From: Chloroflexota bacterium
Lineage (GTDB): Bacteria; Chloroflexota; Limnocylindria; P2-11E
Direction of reading: 5' to 3'
Length of the DNA stretch: 64,000 nt
Assembly (NCBI GenBank): GCA_016194865.1
Contig: JACQAT010000001.1
Location: 81,657-145,656 of the forward strand
The notes under the pieces were generated by a model that did no database searches, had not been told where the DNA came from, and was given only the letters and a program-made list of their open reading frames with translations. A program made the translations under genes and the position numbers. The first letter of the stretch is position 1. Every line of letters begins with the position of its first letter. Positions 1 to 9,348 of this stretch are shown here, one piece after another.

Positions 1-826
1 CGTTCCCCGACGGCGGGGTCTGCACGCCGAGCTGGGTGCCGACCTGAGCGCCGATCGTGTCGTTCTCGGTGCCGGTGTTCTGCTCCTGCTCGGAGCCACC
101 GCGGCTGGTCACGAGCGGGGTCGGGGTCGAGCTCGGCGCCGGAGTGGAGGTTGAGCCCTCTTCGATCGACTGCGAGCCGTTCTTGGTGCTGACGGAGCCG
201 GTGTTCGATCCATTGGTGCCCTTTGCGCCGCCGGTGTTCATCGATCCGACCGATCCGGTGTTCTTCGAGCCGGTGCCCGAGCCGTTCGTGCCCTTGCTGC
301 CCTTGCTCTTCTTCGTGCCGCCGTTCGTCGGCGCCGACTTCTCACCCGCGTTGGCGGTCGGGCCGGGGCTCGAGGGAGCACGCGTCGGCGTCGGTGTCGG
401 GCTCGCGGCGGTCTCGGTGCCGTGCGTCTTTCCGCACTCGACCCAGAAGACCTTGTGCTTGCCATCGCCCTTGCCGGTGTTGACATCGAGCTTGTAGTGG
501 CCATCCGGGAGCGTCATCACGCTCGTCCGCCAATTGCCGTGGCTGTCGGCGGGGCCCCAGGTCCCGGAAGATCCGACATTGCTCTTGGTCGGGGCCTGGC
601 CGCCGATGGTCCAGGTACCGCTCTGATCCTTGTCGAAGTTGAAGCCGTCGATGTAGAAGCGGCACACGTGCGGCTCGCTGCGATGGTCCTCTTGCGACGT
701 GTCCGCATCGTGGATCTTCACGTCACCGTTGTTCCCGCCCGGATCGGCGGACGCGAAGTTGGCTCCCCCGTTGAAGAGGAGCGCGACGCTCGCGAGTAAT
801 CCAGCGAACCATTTGGCCTTGCGCAT
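1..826 (-). CDS. secreted Thr/Gly/Ser-rich low-complexity protein; 3' end lies beyond window start
   Basis: ATG at 826..824 with an AAAGGA RBS about 8 nt upstream. N-terminal signal peptide MRKAKWFAGLLASVALLFNGGANFASA, followed by a T/G/S/N-rich region. The frame stays open to position 1. The six-frame track omits it because there is no stop inside the window. Confidence 0.5.
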   Translation of the reverse strand, partial: MRKAKWFAGLLASVALLFNGGANFASADPGGNNGDVKIHDADTSQEDHRSEPHVCRFYIDGFNFDKDQSGTWTIGGQAPTKSNVGSSGTWGPADSHGNWRTSVMTLPDGHYKLDVNTGKGDGKHKVFWVECGKTHGTETAASPTPTPTRAPSSPGPTANAGEKSAPTNGGTKKSKGSKGTNGSGTGSKNTGSVGSMNTGGAKGTNGSNTGSVSTKNGSQSIEEGSTSTPAPSSTPTPLVTSRGGSEQEQNTGTENDTIGAQVGTQLGVQTPPSGN

Positions 827-1083
827 CTCTCGTCCTTTCGTCCTGCCCGTCGAGCGGGCGTGTTTGTCGGGACGGGAGAGCACCTGACTGACCAATCGTG
901 ACCGCGGACGTGTAGCGCGAGTCTCGCCGCGCGCGCGCTTGCGTAACGCCAGCGCTGCGAAGGTGTGACCGCGGATCTGTTACCGAGACGGTTCGCGGAC
1001 GTTGGATCGTTGTTGACGATCGACCCGAACTATCCGGGCGCGATCCCATGTGTGCTCGGTCTATTCGCGCTATTCGCCGGTCC

Positions 1084-1099
1084 TACCTACCAGTAAGTA
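1084..1099. promoter_or_regulatory. 16-bp imperfect palindrome TACCTACCAGTAAGTA, about 20 nt upstream of the TetR start; putative TetR operator
   Basis: Matches the self-complementary consensus TACYTACYRGTARGTA. A second inverted copy lies at 1735..1750. Confidence 0.45.
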
Positions 1100-1119
1100 G
1101 AGGCGCTAGCATCGCGCCG

Positions 1120-1716
1120 ATGGCGACGAAGGATCGTCCGAAGCGGCGCAGGCCGGTGTCTTCGACGCGCGAGCGGGTCATCCAGGCGGCCGATCGCCTC
1201 TGGTCCGAGCGTGGCGTGCGCGGGGCGTCGCTCGACGACATCGCGCGCGCCGCATCCGTCACGAAGCCGACGGTCTACTACTACTTCGCCGACAAGAGCG
1301 CGCTCTTCACCGAGGTCGTGTGCAGCGTCCTCGAGGAGCATGGCAGCGGGCTGCGCGGCGCGACCCGGCCTGGTGGTCTTGCCCGCGAGCGACTGGTTTC
1401 AGCGGTCGCCTACCTGGTGAAGGCGCGCTGCAGTGGGCCGCGTCTGCTACGCGATGGCGGGGTCGCGCTGACCACCGATCAGACGAGCCAGGCGAGGAGC
1501 GCCGTCTTCCGTCACTTCTTCTCGCCGATACAACAGATCCTCGACGACGGCGTGCGCGCCGGCGAGCTCCGCGCGCACGACACCGCCTTCGTCACGCAGG
1601 CGCTCTTCAACCTGGTCGATCCCTGGACGGCGCGCGACCCGCTGCCCGGTGGGCGACACGCCACGCAGCTGGCGGAGGACCTGGTCGGTCTCGTGTGCGA
1701 CGGGATCGGGGCCTGA
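1120..1716 (+). CDS. TetR/AcrR family transcriptional regulator
   Basis: HTH motif region RERVIQAADRLWSERGVRGASLDDIARAASVTKPTVYYYFADKSALF. ATG at 1120 is in the frame of the longer track ORF 1048..1716. Confidence 0.8.
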   Translation: MATKDRPKRRRPVSSTRERVIQAADRLWSERGVRGASLDDIARAASVTKPTVYYYFADKSALFTEVVCSVLEEHGSGLRGATRPGGLARERLVSAVAYLVKARCSGPRLLRDGGVALTTDQTSQARSAVFRHFFSPIQQILDDGVRAGELRAHDTAFVTQALFNLVDPWTARDPLPGGRHATQLAEDLVGLVCDGIGA

Positions 1717-1734
1717 AGCGACGCGAGCAGTCTT

Positions 1735-1750
1735 TACTTACCGGTAGGTA
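1735..1750. promoter_or_regulatory. second copy of the palindromic operator-like site (TACTTACCGGTAGGTA), just 3' of the TetR stop
   Basis: Near-identical reverse complement of the 1084..1099 site, differing at one position. Confidence 0.4.
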
Positions 1751-1759
1751 GGCTCTCCG

Positions 1760-1838
1760 GTCGATCGAGCGCTGCGCGACCGCTCCGCGCGTGCCTAGCG
1801 GATTACGTCGATCGAACGCTGCGCGAACGCTCGGCGCG
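1760..1838. repeat. imperfect tandem direct repeat (about 32 bp unit, period 47 bp) spanning the 3' end of the aminotransferase gene
   Basis: GTCGATCGAGCGCTGCGCGACCGCTCCGCGCG at 1760 and GTCGATCGAACGCTGCGCGAACGCTCGGCGCG at 1807. Confidence 0.4.
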
Positions 1839-2996
1839 CGACCACTCCGCAATGCGTGATGTCGCCTCGCGCAGCTGATCGAGCGAGGCGGCGTAGCTGA
1901 GGCGCAGGTAGCCCTCGCCGGCGCTCCCGAAGCAGGTGCCCGCGAGCGTGGCGACGCCCGCCTCGTTCAGGATGCGATCCGCGACGGTGGCGCTGTCGCC
2001 CAGCCGCAGGCCGGTGATGTTGGGGAACACGTAGAACGCGCCGTGCGGCATCCGGCAGGTGACGCCATCGATGCCGTTCAGCGCCGCGACCATGACGCGG
2101 CGGCGCTCCTCGAACGCGGCGACCATCGCCGCGACCTCGCGCGGCCAGTGCGCGAGCGCTTCGACCCCCGCGCGCTGGACGAACGCGGCGGTGCACGACA
2201 CGGAGTTGGTGACCAGCCTTGTGACCGGCTCGACCAGCGGCTTCGGGAAGACGCCAAAGCCAAGGCGCCAGCCGGTCATCGCGAAGGTCTTGCTGAAGCC
2301 GTCGAGCAGGATCGTCCGCTCGGCCATGCCGGGCTCGCTCAGGGGTGAGTGATGCGTGCCGTCGTACAGGATGTCCGCGTAGATCTCATCCGACAGCACC
2401 CACAGGTCGCGCTCGCGCGCCAGCTGTGAGATCGCGCGGATGGCCGCGGCGTCAAGGATGCCGCCGGTGGGGTTGTGCGGGCTGTTGAGCACGATGAGCT
2501 TGGTGCGCTCCGTGACGAGCGAGCGCAGCTCGTCGAGGTCGGACGCGAAGTCGTTGGCCTCACGCAGCGGCAGCGGGACGCCACGCGCGCCGCTGAACGC
2601 GATCATCGACGAGTAGATGGGGAAGCCCGGATCCGGGTAGATCGCCTCGTCGCCCTCCTCGAGAAGGGCGAGCAGCGCATAGAACATGATCGGCTTGGCG
2701 CCCGGCGTCACGATCACCTGGGACGGGTCGACCGACAGGCCGCGCCGGGTCCGCAGCGAGCGCGCGATCGCCTCGCGTAGCTCCGGGATACCGGCAGATG
2801 GGGTGTAGTGGGTGTCGCCGCCCCGCAGCGCCGCGGCCCCCGCCGCGATCACGCTCGGCGGCGTGTCGAAGTCGGGCTCGCCGATCTCCAGGTGGATGAT
2901 GCTGCGGCCCTTCGCCTCCAGCGCCCGGGCGCGCGCGAGCACCTCGAATGCGGTCTCGGTGCCGAGGCGCGTGAGGCGTGTGGCCAGCGGTCGCAC
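1803..2996 (-). CDS. pyridoxal-phosphate-dependent aminotransferase (class I/II, aspartate/aromatic aminotransferase-like)
   Basis: 397 aa. Family-typical blocks IIHLEIGEPDFDTP, NSPHNPTGG and SKTFAMTGWRLG (Lys in SKTF is the PLP site). Confidence 0.8.
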   Translation of the reverse strand: MRPLATRLTRLGTETAFEVLARARALEAKGRSIIHLEIGEPDFDTPPSVIAAGAAALRGGDTHYTPSAGIPELREAIARSLRTRRGLSVDPSQVIVTPGAKPIMFYALLALLEEGDEAIYPDPGFPIYSSMIAFSGARGVPLPLREANDFASDLDELRSLVTERTKLIVLNSPHNPTGGILDAAAIRAISQLARERDLWVLSDEIYADILYDGTHHSPLSEPGMAERTILLDGFSKTFAMTGWRLGFGVFPKPLVEPVTRLVTNSVSCTAAFVQRAGVEALAHWPREVAAMVAAFEERRRVMVAALNGIDGVTCRMPHGAFYVFPNITGLRLGDSATVADRILNEAGVATLAGTCFGSAGEGYLRLSYAASLDQLREATSRIAEWSRAERSRSVRST

Positions 2997-3031
2997 GGCG
3001 AGGCAGCCTAGCCCTTCCGCATACTGCCCGC

Positions 3032-3913
3032 ATGCGAGTCGGCGCGGTCCTCCCGCAGCTCGAGATCGGTGCGCACCCGAACGGCATCACGCGTTATGCG
3101 ACGACCGTCGAGCGGCTTGGCTACCAGCACATCGTCGCGTACGACCACGTGCTCGGCGCCCATCCCGACCGCGCGGGCGGCTGGAGGGGCCCGTACACGC
3201 ATGTCTCGCTGTTCCATGAGCCCTTCGTGCTGTTCGGCTATGTGGCCGCCATCGCGCCACAGCTCGAGCTCGTGCCCAGCGTGATCGTGCTTCCGCAGCG
3301 CCAGACGGCGCTCGTCGCGAAGCAGGCCGCCGAGGTCGACGTGCTGTCCCAGGGAAAGCTTCGTTTCGGCATCGGCATCGGCTGGAACTTCGTGGAGTTC
3401 GAGGCGCTCGGCCAGAAGTTCACCGACCGCGGCAAGCGCATGGAAGAGCAGATCGCCGTCCTGCGCCGTCTCTGGACCGAAGAGGTCGTCGACTTCACCG
3501 GTCGCTGGCACCGCATCGATCGCGCGGGCATCAATCCCCTGCCGGTGCAGCGGCCGATCCCGATCTGGATGGGCGGCACCGCGGAGCCCGCCGTGCGGCG
3601 GATCGCGGCGCTCGGCGACGGTTGGCTGACGCAGGCGCAGCCGAACGACGAGGGGCGCGCGGCATTCGCGCAGTTCCGCGGCTTTGTCGGAGAGGCCGGC
3701 CGCGATCCCGAGCGCATCGGCATCGAAGGGCGGATCAATGCCAGGCGCGGCACGCCCACCGAGTGGATCGAGGGCGCGCGCATCTTCGCCGACATGGGCT
3801 GCACGCACATCGAGCTGAACACGATGGGCGCGGGCTACGCGACGATCGACGCGCACCTCGATGCGCTCGCTCGGTTCCGCGAGGGACTTCGCGGCGCCGG
3901 CCTCGATCGCTAG
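3032..3913 (+). CDS. LLM-class F420-dependent oxidoreductase (luciferase-like monooxygenase family)
   Basis: Blocks MRVGAVLPQL, LGYQHIVAYDHV, LRFGIGIGWNFVEFEALG and IPIWMGGTAE typical of the luciferase-like TIM-barrel F420 enzymes. The start is shortened from the track ORF to ATG 3032. Confidence 0.7.
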   Translation: MRVGAVLPQLEIGAHPNGITRYATTVERLGYQHIVAYDHVLGAHPDRAGGWRGPYTHVSLFHEPFVLFGYVAAIAPQLELVPSVIVLPQRQTALVAKQAAEVDVLSQGKLRFGIGIGWNFVEFEALGQKFTDRGKRMEEQIAVLRRLWTEEVVDFTGRWHRIDRAGINPLPVQRPIPIWMGGTAEPAVRRIAALGDGWLTQAQPNDEGRAAFAQFRGFVGEAGRDPERIGIEGRINARRGTPTEWIEGARIFADMGCTHIELNTMGAGYATIDAHLDALARFREGLRGAGLDR

Positions 3914-6054
3914 GGGAGCGTCGCCGAGATCGGCACCCCGATGGGCCCGATACGCACACCATCGCCGCCACCGATCGCGTACGCGAAGAGCCCGGTGTTG
4001 AGCGCGGCGTAGAACCAATTGCCGTCGGGCGACCAGCCTGCGAACCGGCCGTCGCGTGTCGCGATCACCTTGCCAGTGATCGCGTCGACGAGCTGGGCGG
4101 TCTGCTTGCCGGGCGACGTGGTGGTCATGCCGAACTGCGCGCGCACCGGTGACCAGAGCGCCTGCTCGCCGCCGATCTCGCCGATATAGGTGGCGGGCGC
4201 GCCGTCGCTCGCGCGGACGATGACGGTCTGGATCGCGCGCGAGCCGCCGCCGGCGGGCGTGGAGAGCAGCCGTACGCTCGCGTGGCTCCCGTCCACGGCG
4301 GCGCCGAGACCCGTGAGCGTGCCCGTGGCGCCGCTCGACCCGGCGGAGCGCGGGTCGGCCATCAGCGCGGCCTTTGTCACGAGCGAGCGTCGCTCGTCGC
4401 CACGGATGAGATCGATCCCGTTCTCGCCGAGCACGAAGATCCCGGTCTTCGTCCAGGCGACCTCACGGCCGGGGACCGCCCTGCGTATGACGTCCCCGCG
4501 AACGCCGAAGAAGCGGATCTCGAGGTCCGCCTGCCCGTTCTGCGCGTCGACGCCTCTCTTGTCGACCGCGATCGCGAACGCGTCGCCTTCGGGCGACCAC
4601 GAGGGGGCGGATGAGCCCGCCGCGCGGCCCTCTGGGTAGGCCGTCGCCCTGCCGTCGCGATCGAGCGTGTAGGGAACGAGCGTCGCGCTCGTCACGTTCG
4701 GCACCAGCGCCCTGGTGTTGTCGTCGACGAACAGCACGCGGTCGCCCCGCGGAGACCACACGGGCGCGGGCGGCTGGTTCCGACCGACGACGCGCGCGGA
4801 TGTCGGTCCCGGCCGCAGCAGCGCGGCCGTCCCGTCCGCCGCCATGGACCAGACGTTGCCGCCGAGCCAGAACGCGTAGCGCGCCGCCGGTCGCGGTCCG
4901 CTCGCGATCGCCGTCGGCGCGATCGTCGTGCTCCGTGGGTACCAGACGTCCCCGTTCGTCGCGGAGTCGATGAGGACCGTCGGGTTCAGCGCGAACGCGC
5001 CCGCCGCCTGTGTCGCGCCGAGGTCGAAGCGGATCACGCGCGTCGACGAGAAGCCGATGAGCGACTTTCCATCGGGCGACCCGACCGCGCGCTCGATCGG
5101 GCCCGCGTCGACCGGCGGCAGCGCGATCACATCTCCGGCGAGGACCGACTGCAGCGGGCCGGCGCCGCGATGCACGAGGTAGCGCCCGTTGCCGAGCGCG
5201 GCGTCGAGCCGCAGGTCGTCCTGGTCGACCCCGGTCTCGCGTCGAAGGCCGGCGCCGTCGAGCGTCATGCTCCAGACCGCGGACGAGTTCGCGACCGGGA
5301 ACGGCACGGAGGGATCGCGTGGCCCCGGCGCGATGCGACCGGCGAGGAAGTGGACGCGGCCGTCGGGCCCGAGCACGGGCGATGTCGCGGACACCCCGGT
5401 GAGCGCGCGGAGCGGTGACCCCGCCTTCAGCGCGGCGATGACGCCACCCGAGGTGAAGGCCAGCAGCTGGTCCGCGGCGACCCAGTCCGCGGCGTACGCG
5501 TCGCCGAGCTCCGTGGCGCGCGTCCAGCGCGGCGCATCGATGCGGGCCAGGTACACGTCGCCGCGTGAGTCGTTGTTGCCGAGGCGTTGCATCGTCGCGG
5601 CGACCGAGCGCGAGTCGGGCGACCAGCGCAGGTCGGTGATGCGCAGCCCCTGCGTCCCGACGTTCGGCTGGATCTCCAGGCGCGTGCCGTCGAGACGTGC
5701 CACGATCGCCTGATTGCCGCCTTCCACGTACGAGACGCCGCTGCCGTCGGGTAGCCAGCGCACGAGGGACGTGCGGCGGACACCGTCGATCTTCGCGATG
5801 GAGCGGCGCAGCGCCCCATCAAGGTTCGAGACGAAGAGCTGACCCTCGCCGCCGCTCGGATCGCCGCGCCAGTACGCGAGGCGTGCGGTGCGCGACATCT
5901 CGGGGAGCGCCCGCCCTGCCGTGGCCGAGGGGGTGGCGCTCGGCTGGTCGCGACCACCGACGGTCAGCGCGTCGCGCACAGCGCCCGACAGGGCGGCGAC
6001 GGTGCCGGTGACGATGAGCACCGCGGCCGCGGCGTACGGAGCGAGCGCTCGCAC
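3910..6054 (-). CDS. TolB-like beta-propeller protein (PD40/WD40-like repeats) with N-terminal signal-anchor
   Basis: Repeated WSPDG / WLPDGS / WSPEGD motifs. An N-terminal hydrophobic segment follows a GTG at 6054 (VRALAPYAAAAVLIVTGTVAALSG). The track M1 at 6177 would overlap the divergent gene. Confidence 0.55.
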   Translation of the reverse strand: MRALAPYAAAAVLIVTGTVAALSGAVRDALTVGGRDQPSATPSATAGRALPEMSRTARLAYWRGDPSGGEGQLFVSNLDGALRRSIAKIDGVRRTSLVRWLPDGSGVSYVEGGNQAIVARLDGTRLEIQPNVGTQGLRITDLRWSPDSRSVAATMQRLGNNDSRGDVYLARIDAPRWTRATELGDAYAADWVAADQLLAFTSGGVIAALKAGSPLRALTGVSATSPVLGPDGRVHFLAGRIAPGPRDPSVPFPVANSSAVWSMTLDGAGLRRETGVDQDDLRLDAALGNGRYLVHRGAGPLQSVLAGDVIALPPVDAGPIERAVGSPDGKSLIGFSSTRVIRFDLGATQAAGAFALNPTVLIDSATNGDVWYPRSTTIAPTAIASGPRPAARYAFWLGGNVWSMAADGTAALLRPGPTSARVVGRNQPPAPVWSPRGDRVLFVDDNTRALVPNVTSATLVPYTLDRDGRATAYPEGRAAGSSAPSWSPEGDAFAIAVDKRGVDAQNGQADLEIRFFGVRGDVIRRAVPGREVAWTKTGIFVLGENGIDLIRGDERRSLVTKAALMADPRSAGSSGATGTLTGLGAAVDGSHASVRLLSTPAGGGSRAIQTVIVRASDGAPATYIGEIGGEQALWSPVRAQFGMTTTSPGKQTAQLVDAITGKVIATRDGRFAGWSPDGNWFYAALNTGLFAYAIGGGDGVRIGPIGVPISATLP

Positions 6055-6084
6055 CTGCCGCAAGTACCCATAATCACATGCCGC

Positions 6085-6897
6085 ATGGAGGCCGCCACCG
6101 TTCGCGCCTTCATCGCCTCGCTCGAGGACCGTCCAGCGGATCGAAAACGGATGGACGCGCTGCTCCAGAGCGTGCAACGACCCGACGTCCGGTATCTCGT
6201 GGGGCGCCTGCTGGGCGGCGGGAGCGAGCCCGTCGCGAGGGTCGCGCGCGCCATCCTCGAGGCGGCCGGGGCGCCGACCGGCGTCCTCGCGCCGGCTGGG
6301 CCGCTGATCAGTGGTGCTGCACTCGACGATGCATTACTCGCGTCGGCAGGCACGTTCGTCGCCGGCGCCGCCTATCAGCTCGCCGGCGAGCGGGCGGACC
6401 TCGGCGAGCTGACGCGCCGCGAGGCGGAGGTCGCGCTCGCCCTCGTCGCGTTCGCGCAGTCGAGCCGGCGCGCCGTGCTGCTCCTCGACGAGGGGATCTC
6501 CGCGGAAGATCCGCTGCACGCGCCGGAGGCCGACCTGGTCGTGATCGGTCGGGTCGATCGCGCTGGGGCCGAGCGCGCGCTCGCGCTCGTGCCCGACGGC
6601 CGTCCAGCCGTCGCGGCACCACAGTCGGCCGAGGTCCGTGACGCTTTGGAACAGGCCGCGAAGGAGCGCGGGATCCCACTGCTGCTTGGTGACCGGGACT
6701 TTTCATTCACGGAGACGAGCGAGACCGGCGCGGGCATCGAGGTCCGTGTCGGCGATACGCGCTATGACCTCATGCGGCCACGAGGTCTCTCGCCCGCGGA
6801 GCTGGCGACCGGCGTGGCGACGGCCCTCGCGCTCGGGGTGCTCGGCATCCGCATGCGCGAGGAGTGGGTGATCGCCGGATGCGGGAGTATCAGCTGA
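6085..6897 (+). CDS. hypothetical Ala-rich protein
   Basis: 270-aa ORF with very GC3-rich, coding-like codon usage; no confident family assignment. Its 5' end overlaps the divergent gene if ATG 6085 is used, so the true start may be internal. Confidence 0.35.
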   Translation: MEAATVRAFIASLEDRPADRKRMDALLQSVQRPDVRYLVGRLLGGGSEPVARVARAILEAAGAPTGVLAPAGPLISGAALDDALLASAGTFVAGAAYQLAGERADLGELTRREAEVALALVAFAQSSRRAVLLLDEGISAEDPLHAPEADLVVIGRVDRAGAERALALVPDGRPAVAAPQSAEVRDALEQAAKERGIPLLLGDRDFSFTETSETGAGIEVRVGDTRYDLMRPRGLSPAELATGVATALALGVLGIRMREEWVIAGCGSIS

Positions 6898-6899
6898 GG

Positions 6900-7232
6900 A
6901 TGCCGAAGCCGATCGAAGCCGCGAAGACCTTCATGGCCGCACTCGAGGCGAAGGACGGCGACCGTGCCGCCTCCGTCTGCGCGGATGAGGTGACGATCGT
7001 CCTCCCCGGCGGCGAGACCGAGCTCGAGGGGAAGGAAGGCGCACGGCGGCTCGTCCGCATGGCGCCGCCCTTCGTGCGCCTGATCCGCGAGGAGCAGGTC
7101 GATGGCACCACGGTGATCCTCCGTGGCCTCACGCGCGCGCCCGGCCACTTCGCCAACTACACGACGTGGACGTTCGAGACGGACGGATCGCTGATCACGC
7201 ACGTCTCGTTCCTCTGGAAGCCGGCGAACTAA
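6900..7232 (+). CDS. NTF2-like / SnoaL-like small protein
   Basis: About 110 aa. Pattern AAKTFMAALEAKDGDRAASVCADEVTIVLPGG...THVSFLWKP resembles ketosteroid-isomerase/NTF2 fold proteins. ATG 6900 follows the previous stop. Confidence 0.4.
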   Translation: MPKPIEAAKTFMAALEAKDGDRAASVCADEVTIVLPGGETELEGKEGARRLVRMAPPFVRLIREEQVDGTTVILRGLTRAPGHFANYTTWTFETDGSLITHVSFLWKPAN

Positions 7233-7519
7233 CCCTCGACGTACTGGAAGGACCGGGGCGTCTTCTTCAGCCCGTACTCGGCGATCTCCCTCGGCTTCTT
7301 GTAGCGCTTCACCTTCGAGACCGGCAGCGCCCAGCCCTCCTCGGTCTTCCGCTCCGGGACGCCGAGCTCGCATTCGCCGACGACCCCGCTCCGCCCGACC
7401 GCGAGGTACGCCCGCGCGGGCAGCTCCTTTGGCGCGTGGGTCCGGTGATCGAACCGGCGTGAGCCCGACAGGATCGCGTCCGCGTTCTCCGCGGTGACCG
7501 CAAGCACGATGCGCCGCAT
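7229..7519 (-). CDS. small ASCH/PUA-like domain protein (hypothetical)
   Basis: 96 aa; AILSGSRRFDHRTHAPK...AYLAV resembles ASCH domain beta-barrel proteins. Confidence 0.35.
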   Translation of the reverse strand: MRRIVLAVTAENADAILSGSRRFDHRTHAPKELPARAYLAVGRSGVVGECELGVPERKTEEGWALPVSKVKRYKKPREIAEYGLKKTPRSFQYVEG

Positions 7520-7595
7520 GTGTGCGACCTCCAGGTGATCTTCTGGAGGGGAGATCGGCCGCCGCTTGCGGCCGCGCCGCTAGGCGATCAGCAGA

Positions 7596-9347
7596 TCAGA
7601 CCGGGTGCAGCGTGCCGTCCATCAGCATGATGATCACGAAGCTATCGGCCGGGCCGTTCTTGTAGATCGGGTCGCCGCTCGGCCACCAGCCCGCGACGCG
7701 CTTGCGATCGTTGACCGGACTGTTGGTGTAGCGCTCCCATAGGGGGATCACGGGCAGGAGGTCGTTGAACGCGAGCGCCGCCTTCGTCACGGCGTCCCGC
7801 TGCTTCGCCGTGTCGAGGCCGTCCGTCATCGCCGGCAGCAGCGCGCTGAAGTTGGCGTCCCCCTGCCGGAGCGGATAGCGCATGCCGCCGCCGCTCTGAG
7901 CGGTGTTGTGCGCCTGGAGATCCTGCGAGTAGCTGAGCTGCGGGTTCGGGTTGCCCGCGCCCCAGGCCCGCACCGCGACCTGGAACCGTCCCGCGTTGAC
8001 GTCCGCCACCTGGACGGTGTTGACGCTGCCGAGTGGCGTCACCTTGATGCCGAATTTGTTCAGGGCATCGGCCGCGTGGTTCGCCGCGGCCGTCCAGTCG
8101 CCGAAGTCGCTCGGGTAGGACAGCTCGAGCTCGAGCCGCTTCCCGCCCTTCGCGTAGAAGCCGTCGGTGCCTTTCTCGTAGCCCGCGTCACGCATGAAGC
8201 CGGCGGCGCGTGCCACGTCGTAGGCGTAGGGCTTGAGCCTGCGCTGATCGTCGGCGCTGAGCCAGAGAGACACGAGCTCGTCGCTCATGCCCGCCATCGT
8301 CCGCGAGTCCCTGCCCGACTCTCCGTAGGCGATCTTGGCGCTCTCGCCGCGGTCGATCGCGTGGGCGACCGCCCAGCGCAGCCGCGTGTCCTGGAACGCC
8401 GGCGCCTTCTCCCAGTGAAAGAACAGCGCGGGCCCGGTGTATGTCGGCGCGCGGATGACGCGCAGGCCCTGATCCGTGAACGCCTTGTCGGTCGAGACCC
8501 CGAACCCCGCGGTCGTGTAGTCGACGTCGCCGCCGAGGGCGAGTGGCGCGGGGTCACCCTGGTAGATGACGATCCGGTCGAGGTTCACCTTGTCCTCGAA
8601 CAGGCCGCCCTTGTTCCTGACAAGGGTGAGCTGGGCCTCGGTCACCGATGTCTCGTCGAGCCTGTAGGGACCGATCGATGGGAACGCGGTCGGGCGCAGG
8701 TCGGCGACGTCCCTGGCGACCGCGCGCATCTCGTTCGACGCGGTCGTGCTGCCCCCGCGATAGAGGTCCGCCGCGCGCTTCGCGAGCGGACCGTAGACGG
8801 CGTCCGGCCGAATGGCCGTCCGCAGGACCGTGCGCTCGAGCAGGCTCGACGACCGCGCGACGTGGAGGCGGATGGTGAGGTCGTCGACGACGTCGATCCG
8901 ATCCACGTACGACCACAGGCCGATGCCCTGGGTGCGGCCGATCCAGAAGGTCGTCGCGACGTCCTTCGTGGTGAACGCGGCGCCGTCGCTCCAGCGCAGG
9001 CCCGGCCGCAGCTTCACCTCGTAGGCGTCGCCCTGCGGCGACGCGGACTCCGCGAGCCACATGTCCCAGCGCATCTCCGCCCAGTGATAGACCGCGAGGG
9101 ACGGCGTGATGAGGTCGGTGAAGATGCTGCCGCCGAGGATCGGGCCCGGCGCGAAGTAGTTGTAGTGGCCCTTTGGGGGCGGGTCGTACAGCCAGGTGCC
9201 GTGCAGCTCCCCGCCGCGCTTGACGAGCGGGGTCACCGCCTTCGGCGGTGTCGCGGGCGCGGCGGTCGTGCATGCAGCGGTCCACACGCCCACGCCGGTC
9301 AGGAGCGAATCGCGGAGGAAGCGCCGGCGCGTCAGCTGTGGTCGCAC
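7596..9347 (-). CDS. ABC transporter substrate-binding protein, family 5 (peptide/nickel), Tat signal
   Basis: GTG at 9347 lies 1 nt after the upstream peptidase stop. Twin-arginine motif TRRRFLRDSLLTGVGVWTAACTT; the family-5 SBP fold extends throughout. Confidence 0.75.
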   Translation of the reverse strand: MRPQLTRRRFLRDSLLTGVGVWTAACTTAAPATPPKAVTPLVKRGGELHGTWLYDPPPKGHYNYFAPGPILGGSIFTDLITPSLAVYHWAEMRWDMWLAESASPQGDAYEVKLRPGLRWSDGAAFTTKDVATTFWIGRTQGIGLWSYVDRIDVVDDLTIRLHVARSSSLLERTVLRTAIRPDAVYGPLAKRAADLYRGGSTTASNEMRAVARDVADLRPTAFPSIGPYRLDETSVTEAQLTLVRNKGGLFEDKVNLDRIVIYQGDPAPLALGGDVDYTTAGFGVSTDKAFTDQGLRVIRAPTYTGPALFFHWEKAPAFQDTRLRWAVAHAIDRGESAKIAYGESGRDSRTMAGMSDELVSLWLSADDQRRLKPYAYDVARAAGFMRDAGYEKGTDGFYAKGGKRLELELSYPSDFGDWTAAANHAADALNKFGIKVTPLGSVNTVQVADVNAGRFQVAVRAWGAGNPNPQLSYSQDLQAHNTAQSGGGMRYPLRQGDANFSALLPAMTDGLDTAKQRDAVTKAALAFNDLLPVIPLWERYTNSPVNDRKRVAGWWPSGDPIYKNGPADSFVIIMLMDGTLHPV

Positions 9348-9348
9348 G

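Noticed and set aside
57-497. 146-aa plus-strand ORF at the window start
   Set aside because: The minus-strand frame over the same region has a proper ATG, an RBS and a signal peptide (1..826). The plus ORF translation is a repetitive V/P/E-rich mirror image.
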